A stretch of DNA of 64,000 bases from Octopus bimaculoides (taxonomy: Eukaryota): assembly GCF_001194135.2 (NCBI RefSeq), contig NC_068982.1:10607622-10671621 (forward strand), in the 5' to 3' direction. This document shows, piece by piece, positions 1 through 12,019 of the stretch. A program made the position numbers and the translations under genes. The notes below the pieces were generated by a model. It was not told the DNA's origin. It ran no database searches and saw only the letters and a list, made by a program, of their open reading frames with translations. Position 1 is the stretch's first letter. Each line of letters starts with the position of its first letter.

Positions 1-76
1 AAAACAATAATTAATAAAGCTGTATAACTAATGTTTAGACATACTATCTACCATGTTAAAATATAGGGTTTTCTAT

Positions 77-290
77 GGCGCTCAGCTGACAGAATCGTTA
101 GCTTGGTGGACAAAACCCTTAGCGGCATTTCATGTTCCGAGTTCAAATTCCACCGAAGTCGACTTCAACTTTTATCCCATTCGAAGTTGATAAAATAAGT
201 ACCAGTTAAACAGTGAGGTGGGGATCGATGTAATGGATCGATTCCCCCACCCCTGAAATTGCTGGCTTTTTACTAAAATCGTAAATCAAT
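77..290 (+). mobile_element. tRNA-derived SINE, family A (Nin/Deu-like central domain), diverged copy
   Basis: Head ggcgctcagctgacagaatcgttagc, B-box-like gagttcaaattcc, central gttgataaaataagtaccagtt, tail ...gctggctttttactaaaatcgtaaatcaat; homologous to >10 other copies in the window. Confidence 0.85.
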
Positions 291-369
291 TCTTTCACTT
301 ATTTCAGTCATATGACTGCGGCCATCCTGGAGCACCGCATTTAGTCGAACAAATCGGCACCAGGACTTC
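291..369 (-). mobile_element. SINE family B (Meta-like domain), 3' end fragment
   Basis: cagtcatatgactgcggccatcctggagcaccgcatttagtcgaacaaatcg matches the same segment at 8535-8600 and 63540-63600. Confidence 0.85.
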
Positions 370-889
370 AAGGCTTAAACGCCTTGAAGGCTCAAAACTT
401 TTCATGCACCCCTCATGTATGTGTGTCTATATGTATCTTGACCATACGTGTACTGATGAACAAAAGAATGCAGGTTACTTCACAGCTTTTCTGTATTTGA
501 TTGAGAAACCAGTGGTTTACCGTTAAGTTAAAAGTTTTTAAGAGATGAATTTTGAAAGCTGCATTCCCTCGCTTTCAGTAAATATGTTGCTTATTTTTTT
601 GGTAGTTTTTTTACTTATTTAGTCCCTCGAAGCGTGAGGCATTACTACACAGTTAATGCTCTTTATATAAATTTATATATNNNNNNNNNNNNNNNNNNNN
701 NNNNNNNNNNNNNNNNNNNNNNNNNNNNNNNNNNNNNNNNNNNNNNNNNNNNNNNNNNNNNNNNNNNNNNNNNNNNNNNNNNNNNNNNNNNNNNNNNNNN
801 NNNNNNNNNNNNNNNNNNNNNNNNNNNNNNNNNNNNNNNNNNNNNNNNNNNNNNNNNNNNNNNNNNNNNNNNNNNNNNNNNNNNNNNNN

Positions 890-925
<36 letters not shown>

Positions 926-927
<2 letters not shown>

Positions 928-1077
928 GACAGTCCTCTTTTAAGTTTCCGTCTACCAAATACTATTTCCCAAGGCTACAGTAGAAGACACTTGCCCAAAG
1001 TTCCTCACAGTGGGACTGAACCTAGAACCATGTGTTTGGGAAATAGGCTTCTTACCACACAGCCCACTCCTTCACCT
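926..1077 (-). mobile_element. SINE family B, 5' half (tRNA head plus Meta-like domain)
   Basis: tttccgtctaccaaat...agtagaagacacttgcccaa...gtgggactgaacc...cttaccacacagcc matches 9105-9271. Confidence 0.85.
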
Positions 1078-2209
1078 ATATATGAAAAGTTTTTATTACA
1101 ATTTGCAAAACTTCGATATGGCTTTTTTATATCACATATTCTATTTTGCATAGGCGTTGTAAACCAAAGCAGAAACGAAAAATGGACATTTGAAGACTTA
1201 TAAAAGTGCATCGATTCTTAATTGTAATTCAGTACCCAGTATAGACCTAAACATCTTCAAACGTGTTGCAATATCTGAATATAACTTATGTTTCGTTTCT
1301 GATTAGTTTATATATTTCGTAATATTTTCATTCAGAATGAAAACTTTCACGATACGCAGAGTACATTTTTGTAACAAATACACGTGTATTGACTAATGAC
1401 ATGTGAACTGGAACCATAAAAGCATCTTACGATAGAATCGAACTTTATTTAAGAACAAGAGCATCTACATTAGACATTCGAATTATGAATTTTGAGAATA
1501 TTAATGGTGGAATTAACGTGGATTGATATCGGAAGAAGAAATATGAGAACCTATATGTAGGATATTGATATTGTGTTGCTCGATATTTTCATTTAGGAAA
1601 ATATGGAAGACAAACCTGAAAAATATTCAGAAGACTTCGATGTGTATAATAAGTGAAAAGGAAAAGAATATTGAAGCTAACAATCGCTGGCTTTATAACA
1701 ATCCTGAGATTATATAATTTCTAAAGAAGTAAAAGCGAAATGACTGGGTAGTTTAGATATAATAACTAGTTCAGAATCAGTAATATATTGATAATATATA
1801 ATGCATTCTACCAAAGAAGCTGCATTAATCGATTATACTTAACATTTGTGCAAGAAATGAAGAGTGCAGCGAAGGAAATGCAGGATGCCAGTTGATAGGT
1901 TAAGAAAAGTTCAAAATTGATTCGAGTAAGATATTAAAGGAAATGTAGCATCGAAGAAAAGAATATTAACCCACAGAAAAAGATATGGAGGAACGAGGTA
2001 GAATGGTATGGAAGGAAGAATTTTTTTTTTTTAATTAAATTGCTAATTTGAGACATTCAGTTCTTGTGTGGGGGCTGTCTTTTGTAGAAATATAATCAGA
2101 AAAAAAAACTGAAAACAAGAGGAAGTTACTCTGAAAAGAACCGACGAAAAGAAGGACAGGGAGGTGGAGATGAAGGGAAGAAAATGATGATGGGGAAGAA
2201 AGAAGAAGA

Positions 2210-2211
<2 letters not shown>

Positions 2212-2241
<30 letters not shown>

Positions 2242-2409
2242 ATGTGGGCGTAGCAGCAGCAGCAGAAGAAGAAGAAAGAAGAAGAAGAAGAAGAAGAAGA
2301 AGAAGAAGAAGAAGAAGAAGCAGAAGCAATGCAACCGTAAAAGAACGGCGGCATCAGTAATAACACAAAAAAGACAGGACAAGTGTCGCTAAAGAAAGGA
2401 ATGTAAGTT

Positions 2410-2482
<73 letters not shown>

Positions 2483-2526
2483 CAGCAGCAGCAGCAGCAA
2501 TAATAGTAGTAGCAGCAACAGTAGTG

Positions 2527-2580
<54 letters not shown>

Positions 2581-2617
2581 TCAGCAGCAATAGTAGTAGT
2601 AGTAGTAGTAGTAGTAG

Positions 2618-2670
<53 letters not shown>

Positions 2671-2680
2671 TGGTGGTGGT
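2212..2680. repeat. Compound trinucleotide microsatellite (AGT)n/(GCA)n/(AGA)n
   Basis: Directly visible; explains the poly-T/L/A ORFs 2035-2738. Confidence 0.97.
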
Positions 2681-3116
2681 AGCATGCACTATAACAACAC
2701 GTCGCTGCCTCCACCATTGGTTGGTGGTTCCCTACCACACCTGGCAGATGACATTACTGCGCCACTCAGGCGACAACCCTCCGATCCACGGGTCTCCTTT
2801 CGTAGTAGTTGTTGGTGAGGGTCCTTGTAGGGTATAAAGGTAGGGTATTTCCAGACAAGCGGTCAACCTGCGAAGCATTCAACCAAGTGAGGAAGCAAAT
2901 CCTACCTCAACCTCTTTTAGTCACCTTTCATGACACGCAGTGGGTAAGTTCGCTCCATTTCCTGACAAGCCGTTCGCTAAACAGCTCAAAGAAAAGTATG
3001 TGTTTGAAAATTACACACAGTGAAACATGTATGCGTGATTCAATTGTTCACATCGCAATTATGTAATTCTGCATTCGAATCTATTCATATACTTAACTGC
3101 AGGTAAATAAATATAA

Positions 3117-3147
<31 letters not shown>

Positions 3148-3329
3148 AGCATATACATTCATACACTTGCATTCATACAGACCATTCTCACATACACACA
3201 CGCACGCGCATCTTTAGTTGCGAGTCACCATCACTTTATTATCTCCCATCCTTCCAACCTCTTCTTTCAAATTTCTTTTCTAATCAGTCGCCATACTTGA
3301 CCGCTAAATCTACAGTTTGGTTTCATTCT

Positions 3330-3487
3330 CTTTCTGTTTCTTTCTCTTATTCTTTTCTGATGAAGAGCGTAGGCTCGAAACGTAAAGGACGTATTCATCT
3401 ATCATTTTCTCGAGCGTCAAATTAAACTAATACACCTGTTTGTTGTTCATACACTTGCCTTCGACTATTCTTTTTCTATAAATTTCA
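3330..3487 (+). mobile_element. Penelope-like terminal-repeat fragment, family H1, carrying a minimal hammerhead motif
   Basis: Pyrimidine-rich lead, HHR, then ~100 nt (ctcgagcgt..aaactaatac..) shared with 27190-27340 and 57490-57650, ending in (TA)n. Confidence 0.7.
3353..3388 (+). ncRNA. Minimal type I hammerhead ribozyme motif (intact core)
   Basis: tttt-CTGATGA-a-GAGC gtag GCTC-GAAA-cg-TA-aagg: core CUGAUGA 3357-3363, stem II GAGC/GCUC, GAAA 3377-3380, palindromic ACGU stem III, cleavage triplet GUA, 4-bp stem I with two G-U pairs. Confidence 0.7.
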
Positions 3488-3544
3488 TATATATATATAT
3501 GTATATATATATATCTTCTATTTTATAATTATTCGAAATCTTCC

Positions 3545-4095
3545 ATTGAGGAGGGAGCCTGTTACCAACAAAGAAACAAGGCTCAGAGTAGGGAAGCAAA
3601 AGTTTCGAAATGGCTGCAACATTTTAAACTCTCACATTGCGCATCAATAGGTTTAGGAATTCAAAGATAGATTAATAACATTTACATATAGTTACAAAAC
3701 GAATAATGTATTCTACGTGGCTTCCATCGTTGCACACGGCCCCGGAACTCCGTACAGCTCTTCACCGGGAAGTCACAGGACATCTTGACCCACTCCTCAT
3801 TGATGGCAGCCTTCAGAGAGTTGATGTTGGGGTGGGAGGTTTTGTTGATGGCATGTTCCAAAATGACCCAAACGACAGGTCAGAAAGCAGCAAAGTTGGA
3901 TTTGCAGATATTCTGAACCTTCTTGGCAGTATGGCTGGGAACACTATCCTGTGTCCACACAGAGTTGCCCTCCGTTAATCTTCAGTCATAGAAAGACATG
4001 GTACCTCAGCGTTTTTTAGTCAGCATTAGCACCCATACTTTCTCCTGGATTGTAGCAGTAGATGGGCATTCTTTCCGGAAAGACCCTATTTTTAT
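3545..4095 (-). pseudogene. Tc1/mariner (maT/DD37D-like) transposase C-terminal remnant
   Basis: Minus-strand translation across stops/frameshifts: RMPIYCYNPGESMGANAD*KTLRYHVFL*LKI..EGNSVWTQDSVPSHTAKKVQNICKSNFAAF*P..VWVILEHAINKTSHPNINSLKAAINEEWVKMS; SPDLNPLD motif deleted. Confidence 0.8.
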
Positions 4096-4106
4096 ACTCT
4101 TTATGA

Positions 4107-4369
4107 ACCACATGGTTGCGAGTTCAGTCCCACTGCGTGGCATCTTGGGGAGGAGTCTTCTACTGTGGCCTCGGGTCGACCGAAGTCTTGTGAGTGGATT
4201 TGGTAGACGGAAACTGAAAGAATCCCGTCGTATATATGTATGTATATATATATATATGTATATGTATGTGTGTGTGTATATGTTTGTGTGTCTGTATTTG
4301 TCTCCCCAACATCGCTTGACAACTGATGTTAGTGTGTTCACGTCCCCGTAACTTAGCGGTTCGGCCAAA
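4107..4369 (+). mobile_element. SINE family B, truncated by gap
   Basis: accacatggttgcgagttcagtcccactgcgtggc...ttgtgagtggatttggtagacggaaactgaaag...cgtccccgtaacttagcggttcggc. Confidence 0.9.
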
Positions 4370-4473
4370 NNNNNNNNNNNNNNNNNNNNNNNNNNNNNNN
4401 NNNNNNNNNNNNNNNNNNNNNNNNNNNNNNNNNNNNNNNNNNNNNNNNNNNNNNNNNNNNNNNNNNNNNNNNN

Positions 4474-4512
<39 letters not shown>

Positions 4513-4582
4513 AAGAGAGAGACAGAGAGAGAGAGAGAGAAAGAGCGAGAAAGATATATATATATATATATATATATGTAGC

Positions 4583-4880
4583 TATATAAAATCTCTGAGC
4601 GAGATATAAAGAGCAACAATACGGAATCGTAACATATAAATGCCAACCAAGTGTGGCGTCCTATACAGGACAGTGGTACGTACTTACGTTTATAGGCCCA
4701 GAAAAATATCTCTTCCATCTGGCTAACGACACACATTCTGTATCTGATTAGCATTTGCGAGGCGAAGGTCATCGCTCTCATCTCTAGCCTTACGTGATAC
4801 ACACGGACTCCAGTTACTGGGTGGTTACCCGTCCTCAGCGTGTGTTGAATACCAGCTAGTGATGAAAACTCATAATGACG
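4583..4880 (+). repeat. Unclassified structured interspersed repeat, family D
   Basis: Homologous to 7394-7533 (+) and 7620-7880 (-): caaccaagtgtggcgtcct...ctcttcca..gctaacgacac..ctctagccttac.tgatacacacggactc..gggtggttacccgtcctc. Confidence 0.8.
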
Positions 4881-6493
4881 GTGTGAAAAATTTTGGAAAC
4901 GGAAGTGAAGAGCTAAGTCTGAAGTAAGTGTACACGTTTAATGCGTTAGAATTTATTTCTAATTGAATTTGTTTCGTGTAAAAAAAAAAAAANNNNNNNN
5001 NNNNNNNNNNNNNNNNNNNNNNNNNNNNNNNNNNNNNNNNNNNNNNNNNNNNNNNNNNNNNNNNNNNNNNNNNNNNNNNNNNNNNNNNNNNNNNNNNNNN
5101 NNNNNNNNNNNNNNNNNNNNNNNNNNNNNNNNNNNNNNNNNNNNNNNNNNNNNNNNNNNNNNNNNNNNNNNNNNNNNNNNNNNNNNNNNNNNNNNNNNNN
5201 NNNNNNNNNNNNNNNNNNNNNNNNNNNNNNNNNNNNNNNNNNNNNNNNNNNNNNNNNNNNNNNNNNNNNNNNNNNNNNNNNNNNNNNNNNNNNNNNNNNN
5301 NNNNNNNNNNNNNNNNNNNNNNNNNNNNNNNNNNNNNNNNNNNNNNNNNNNNNNNNNNNNNNNNNNNNNNNNNNNNNNNNNNNNNNNNNNNNNNNNNNNN
5401 NNNNNNNNNNNNNNNNNNNNNNNNNNNNNNNNNNNNNNNNAAATAAAACGAAGGTATGGAGATTAAATACGCTTTACATCGCTTAATCAGCCAAAGGAGT
5501 AAATATAAACAACTGAATACTTGTCAGTGATTGGTTGAAATTATCGAAATAAGACAATTTTTTACATGAAATAAATTCGAATACAAAAATATTTTTCTGT
5601 TCTATAACACAAAATAGATAAGTATACGAAGTTTGAAAGTCTTTCGGTACCAAAAACACTACGTAAAACAATAATGAAAAATGTGGCCCCCGTTTTAAAA
5701 TAGATCCGCGATACATTCCGCCTTCCTGGAAGGGGGATGGTAGAACTTCAACGTTTAAGAACTTTTGAGTGAACCATGAATAACTTGTCCAGTGACGAAG
5801 AAACGCTAATAGCGTGTTGTTTAGAACATGACCTCGTGGAAGGCGGAATAAAAGAAAGGAATAGAGAGAAGAAAGCAGAGCAAAGCGGAAAAGAAGAAAA
5901 CGCGGAGAGAAACGTAAACGTCGCGTCGGCTGCCAGCGTGGCAAAAGAAAACGTCTGCTTTGAACCGGGCAGACACAAGTATATACTACGATAAGAGGGT
6001 AACGAGGTGAAAGGTTCACCGCTCGGTGAAGTTATACAGGATGCAGCAAGGAGAACTGTGATTTATAAAACAGTGTCAGTGAAAACAAAAAGAATAGAAC
6101 AAGCGACTAAAGAAGCAGTAGAGAAATACATTCGCCCTATTTGGATGGATATTACCTACATAACAATGAGAAAGCGATACGGCGCAATGGAGGTGCGTTT
6201 TTGAACCAAAGAAAAAAACTAAGCAATATTCAACGAACTCATTGAAAACAGCCGAGAAGGCTCTCCTGCCCACATTCTTGGTAGACGATCTTCCAAAGTA
6301 AGGGTGGGGGAGGAGAAACACCACCGGAAATAGATTTTGTTTGGCGTATTGGAGCTATATAAATGGGCTTGTGGGGAGAAATAACAGAACTGGGTATGAC
6401 AGACCTTAGAGTTAATAATTCAGGCCGTACCAGAAGACCTAGAAAAAATAATCGATATTATTTCGGTGGGGGGAGACGAGGTTGGGGGTAAAC

Positions 6494-6556
6494 GTGGAAG
6501 GCAGGAAGCCCAGATACTATAAATGTGGTCAAAAAGGGCACATTAGGGCTGAATGA
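6494..6556 (+). pseudogene. Degenerate CCHC zinc knuckle of LINE ORF1
   Basis: VEGRKPRYYKCGQKGHIRAE*: CX2CX4HX4C spacing with first Cys as Tyr (tac) and last Cys as stop (tga). Confidence 0.75.
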
Positions 6557-7168
6557 GAGCCACCACCGGCGGCAGAAAAAGAAGACCCCCGACCTACCCA
6601 CCCACCGAAGAAGAAGTCAGCAGAGGTTGCACCAGCGACAGAATCAGCAGCACCTCAACCACGGCTGACGAAACTAAAAACATCTACAACGTCGGCGAAA
6701 AACCAACAAAGCAAAAACAAAGCAGAGGTTATATCTATTCGAGACACTACAGAGAGAGAGACAAAAGACAGAAAGTGGGAGCACGTGAGGAGAAAAAAAG
6801 AGAAGAAGAAAAGACTCAAACCACGCCCCCACAGAAACACCTGCACATTCACAACCCAACCCTCCCACCTCACATGGACATAACGGCTATTTATAACAAA
6901 AACAATTTTTTTTTTTAATGATAGCAAAGCAGAAAATGACAAAAACATTCAAACCACCAGATAACACAGACACCCCAAAAACAGAACTTTTCATATTATA
7001 TAGAGAAAATTATGACTACTTAAAGAAAAAAAACTTACGATGAGACGTTAGTCTTTGGGTAAGAAACCACTCTGAAAAAATGTACAGAAAACTAACAATC
7101 AACTCACCAACCACTGCTGCAGAAGTGTTCCTGGCCGGAACACATTTAAAAAAACGTAAACATCAATC

Positions 7169-7345
7169 ATGTGCTCGCTTAATTTAGGATGTATAAAGAT
7201 GCGTGGCCTGAAATCGGATTGGAAGCAAGCTTGCTTCCTAAACGATCTCAAGTCACATCAGTTAGATGTAATAGGTCTTACTGAGACCAGACTGAGGGGA
7301 CTGCAGTACTTTGTGCCGTTCCTTAACTACTTAACATATAATTGC
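7169..7345 (+). pseudogene. LINE ORF2 apurinic-like endonuclease N-terminus, truncated
   Basis: MCSLNLGCIKMRGLKSDWKQACFLNDLKSHQLDVIGLTETRL fits the APE N-terminal pattern (N)xRGL...DVI.LxET. Confidence 0.75.
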
Positions 7346-7393
7346 CAAACATGTGTGGTGTCCTATAGAGGTCAGTGCTACTAAAGTTTATAG

Positions 7394-7880
7394 CCTCAGG
7401 AAGACATTTCTTCCAGCTGCCTGACGATACACATTCTGTGTCCGGTTAATATTTGCAAGGGGAGGTCATAGTTCCCATCTCTAGCCTTACTTGATACACA
7501 CAGACTCGAGTTTCTTGGTGGTTACCCGTCCTCTACTGTTTATATTTCGCTCAGAGATTTAATATAGTTTATTTATCTTTTTTCGAGATCAGCGACAGTT
7601 TGTCGCCGGAAAAAGCATGTAGTATTTTGAAAGTGGAATGAGTTTTCATAATTAGCTGGTGATTAACACACACCGAGCACGGGTAAACCACCCAGAAACT
7701 CGAGTCCGTGTGTATCGTGTAAGGCTAGAGATGGGAGAGATGACCACCCCTCGCAAATACTAATCGGACACAGAATGTGTCGTTAGCAAGCTGGAAGAGA
7801 TGTCTTCCTGGGGCAATAAACGTCAGTAGCACAGTCCAGTACAGGACGCCACACTTGGTTGATAACTATATGTTACGATA
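7394..7880. repeat. Two opposed copies of family D (7394-7533 +, 7620-7880 -) with a 29-bp head segment at 7539-7567 (-)
   Basis: Reverse-complement similarity between the two copies and to 4583-4880. Confidence 0.8.
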
Positions 7881-8514
7881 TATATACAGTGAAGTAGAAA
7901 GGCAGATAAATATCATTAGAAACATATCAATGCGCAATTTGCACATGAGGTCATAGGTGTGTATCATGCAACAGGTTACGATGAAATTGTTAAGCCAAGT
8001 TGAGCGTCCTTCCTCAAGAGCCAAATGGCAAATAATATATAACCTCATCAGATATACATATATGTACAAGCGCGCGCGCGTGTGAGTCTATATGTGTGTG
8101 CGTTCGCGCGCGTGCGTGTGTACAGATATGCCAGTCCTGTCAAGAACACATCTTACTTCGTACAGAACGGAGATAAATCTAGTGTTCAGTAATCTAATAG
8201 TTAGCAGTTTCAGAAATGCGTTAGTAATCTTTGCAATAGAAATGACACGGAATTGAAGAAGAGATATTCCATACAAACAAATATGTGAAAATTCTAGGAT
8301 CTTGCATAATTTTGACAAATTAATGTTTTCTCATCAGCTTATTCATAATTGAGCAGTTTATCTAGCTGGTTATATATAATGGGAGGTAACTAGTTGTGTT
8401 CGTGCAACTTCGACTGAGAGAGAAGAGATATCGAGTTAGTTATGGATTTGCATCAAAGCGATATTATTTGGGATTGAAAATTAAAATATGCAAATTGATT
8501 AACCGACACAATAC

Positions 8515-9050
8515 TCTTTACTCTTTTACTTGCTCCAGTCATTTGACTGCAGCCGTGCTGGAGCACCGCCTTTAGTCGAGCAAATCGACCCCAGGACTTA
8601 TTCTTTGTAAGCCTAGTATTTATTCTATCGGTCTGTTTTGCCGAACCGCTAAGTTACGGGGACGTAAACACACCAGCATCGATTGNNNNNNNNNNNNNNN
8701 NNNNNNNNNNNNNNNNNNNNNNNNNNNNNNNNNNNNNNNNNNNNNNNNNNNNNNNNNNNNNNNNNNNNNNNNNNNNNNNNNNNNNNNNNNNNNNNNNNNN
8801 NNNNNNNNNNNNNNNNNNNNNNNNNNNNNNNNNNNNNNNNNNNNNNNNNNNNNNNNNNNNNNNNNNNNNNNNNNNNNNNNNNNNNNNNNNNNNNNNNNNN
8901 NNNNNNNNNNNNNNNNNNNNNNNNNNNNNNNNNNNNNNNNNNNNNNNNNNNNNNNNNNNNNNNNNNNNNNNNNNNNNNNNNNNNNNNNNNNNNNNNNNNN
9001 NNNNNNNNNNNNNNNNNNNNNNNNNNNNNNNNNNNNNNNNNNNNNNNNNN

Positions 9051-9091
<41 letters not shown>

Positions 9092-9271
9092 CATACATAT
9101 ATATATACGATGGGCTTCTTTCAGTTTCCGTCTACCAAATCCACTAACAAGGCTTTAGTCGGCCCGAAGCTATAGTAGAAGACACTTGCCCAAGGTGCCA
9201 CGTAGTGGGACTGAACCCAGAACCGTGTGGTTGGCAAGCAAGCTACTTACCACACAGCCACTCCTGCGCCT
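8515..9271 (-). mobile_element. SINE family B, near full length, spanning an assembly gap
   Basis: Tail at 8515-8685, gap 8686-9050 in the internal (TA)n, Meta-like domain and tRNA head ending ...cacagccactcctgcgcc at 9105-9271. Confidence 0.92.
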
Positions 9272-10804
9272 ACAATAGTAAACTTATGAATCTTTTATTC
9301 ACAAAGAAGCAAAGGCATACACAAACCCGCACACACATACTCAAAATGAATGTGTCTATGTCTGATTATAGGACGTTTTTGTAGCGAATTCTACAGTTGA
9401 AGGGATATATTATTTGGAATTTCGATCTGTATTCACTGACTTTCTAAAAGCCTGCTTCACGTTGTCTTTTGTCTGTGCCTGAGGTCAATAAAAGAAATAG
9501 CAAACAGATTACTCAGATCGATATATTCGGCTTACGATGCTTGAAGGTTGCGTTTCAGCATGGCTGCATTCCAAACACCGAAACCAGTGTGAAGATTACC
9601 AAAATAATCACCTAGTGGCTATTATTTCTCGACCAGACTTAATTATATATTGAATGACAAATAATTACCAAAAGAAAATATATTAACAAAATATGGAATA
9701 GAATCAAGAAAACTAAAATTCACTTGAAATCCTGACAAATTACAAATGAAATCTTTAAAATAGACTATTAGTAAAATAATGCAAATGTGTTTGATATATA
9801 TATATATATGTATATANNNNNNNNNNNNNNNNNNNNNNNNNNNNNNNNNNNNNNNNNNNNNNNNNNNNNNNNNNNNNNNNNNNNNNNNNNNNNNNNNNNN
9901 NNNNNNNNNNNNNNNNNNNNNNNNNNNNNNNNNNNNNNNNNNNNNNNNNNNNNNNNNNNNNNNNNNATATATATATATATATATATAACATGGTAGAAGA
10001 ATGACGTAATTGTGTCTGATTATAAATGTCTTAATGTATGCAACTGTCTGCGTAATTTCCTGAGCTGCAATCAATACGAGTAAAAGTGAAGCGACAAACA
10101 ACAGAACTGTTCTAGACATAGAAATGGAAAATAATATTATCCGGGGTGAGACAGAAAAATAAATATAAAAACATAGCACAAAATCAAGTCAGAAATACGT
10201 ACGGGAAAGAAATATATAAACAAAATGCAAGGCTTTGTAANNNNNNNNNNGGGAAAGAAATATATAAACAAAATGCAAGGCTTTGTAAAATTTAAAATTA
10301 TACATGAACTTAACTGAATTTTCTAAACAAAATTTTATCAAAATGATGACTACAAGAACACATAATTTGTACTGCAAAGATTTTATCATATTATTAGATA
10401 TGACATTTTATTCTTTCTACGTCAGTAAATGCAACGGCCGGGAATTGGAATATATCTGGTGGGAATAATTCCCGCAATAAACTTTTGGTGTATCCAAGTA
10501 TATTCCTTATCGGTTGTTAAACAAAATTACACATCAAGAATACACCGCTTCGAAATTAACAACTTCTAAAATTTTGCAGAAAATGTGAAAAGAAAACTGT
10601 AAAATAACACATGGATATAAAACCTAGAATATATTACAAAACTCAACAAACATGAATATAGTAAAATTTAGAAGGTTAACACAATAAGAGCATATTGATT
10701 ATCTGGAGACTAATGTAGTTGTCAATCAATTGCAAATAACAAAATCCTTAGCTCACTGGATAATTATTATTTTTTCAAATATAAAGCTAATTATAATCTT
10801 AGAT

Positions 10805-10975
10805 ATTGATTTAAAATTTCTGGCACAAGGCCAGAATTGCACAGGAGGAAACAAGTCGATTATATCGACCCCAGTACTCAAATGGTACTTATTTTATCGA
10901 CTCCAAAATGATGAAATGTAAAGTCAACCTCGGCAGAATTTGTCCTCGTAACGTTGATACAGACGAAATGTCACT
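10805..10975 (-). mobile_element. SINE family A
   Basis: ggcacaaggcc...gtcgattatatcgaccccagt...ggtacttattttatcgac...aaagtcaacctcggcagaattt. Confidence 0.85.
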
Positions 10976-11914
10976 GGCCGTCTTAATTATAATCTTAAAT
11001 ATTATAAAATAATTACATAACTTTTTAAATATTTTCTAAATTTGAATAATAAGAATACATATCGATGCATTAACCTCAATAATTGACTTAATCGTGCAAA
11101 ACTGATACAGAAAAAGTAATTATGCAAATCCGAACATCTATGTAATTCCTTCTTATTGAAATCGTTTTGCTTGTTATAGATCTCAAGATTTATTACGTTT
11201 CATAAACCTCAAAAGAATATTAAAAGATTCTTCTAGAAAACCAAACGTAAGTATCACATGGATCGATTATATAAAGACAGTGTATCTAATCGTTGATACT
11301 GGAATCGATGATTATTTTCAAAATTAACAACACTGGTTTCTGAAACTATAGGAATTACTATACTCGGATGAAAATATGCCATTTTGAATCACTGCAACGG
11401 TGATATCCTTCGAAATATGAATATAATTCGAAGAATATTTCAAGAACAGACTCCTGTACTACGAACGATTTGTTTCGTTGCTTCAACGTCATGTACAAAA
11501 CTACAGGCTTCACTGTAGGGAAGTTTGCACTAAAGGGCAAAGGAGCGGAAAGAAATAATCTCTTACGTAAGTATGTAACAGCTCAGATAAATCGTCAGAA
11601 TTTAATCTGCAAATTGCAAAGCCTAAGTATTTCGAAACTGCCATAAAGTTTATTCTTGACAAGTGTGCCAGAGTATCTACTTTACTATTATGGAGGAACT
11701 AATTTGCTATTAAATAGTGCAAGCAACTTTTATGTAAACTAGAAATAGCTGAGGTAACCATTAGATTTCTCTTAAACATAAAATATACCATATATATTTT
11801 TAAAAAATACAACATACCATGCTGAAATAAAATATTGTACTAGCATTATACTAAACAAATGTAAAAGGAGTTATCACTTGCTGGTGCTAGAAATAACCGT
11901 ACCGTTAGTGGCTT

Positions 11915-12019
11915 CATTTAATTGAACAATGCAATCATTACATCAATTTAAATGCAGGGCTATCATCATCTGCTTTGTGCATTTAAATTGATGTAGTGAT
12001 TGCATTGTTCAATTTAATG
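11915..12019. repeat. Near-perfect hairpin / MITE-like inverted repeat
   Basis: attgaacaatgcaatcattacatcaatttaaatgca (11921-11956) vs its reverse complement (11978-12013), 1 mismatch, 21-nt spacer. Confidence 0.9.

Larger units (their letters stand above)
5690..7345 (+). mobile_element. Non-LTR retrotransposon (Tx1/L1-clade-like LINE), 5' portion only, decayed
   Basis: Frameshifted ORF1 pieces (5776-5994, 6007-6204 and on) with a gag-type zinc knuckle, followed by the ORF2 N-terminus; no RT follows. Confidence 0.75.

Noticed and set aside
453-520. CTGATGA at ~453 as a hammerhead
   Set aside because: No stem II closing next to a GAAA
2690-2970. Possible RTE-like LINE 3' tail (tttagtcacctttcatgacacgc)
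   Set aside because: Only a vague recalled resemblance; single copy in the window, no ORF support
10203-10288. 38-bp direct repeat around a 10-N gap
   Set aside because: Typical scaffolding overlap artefact
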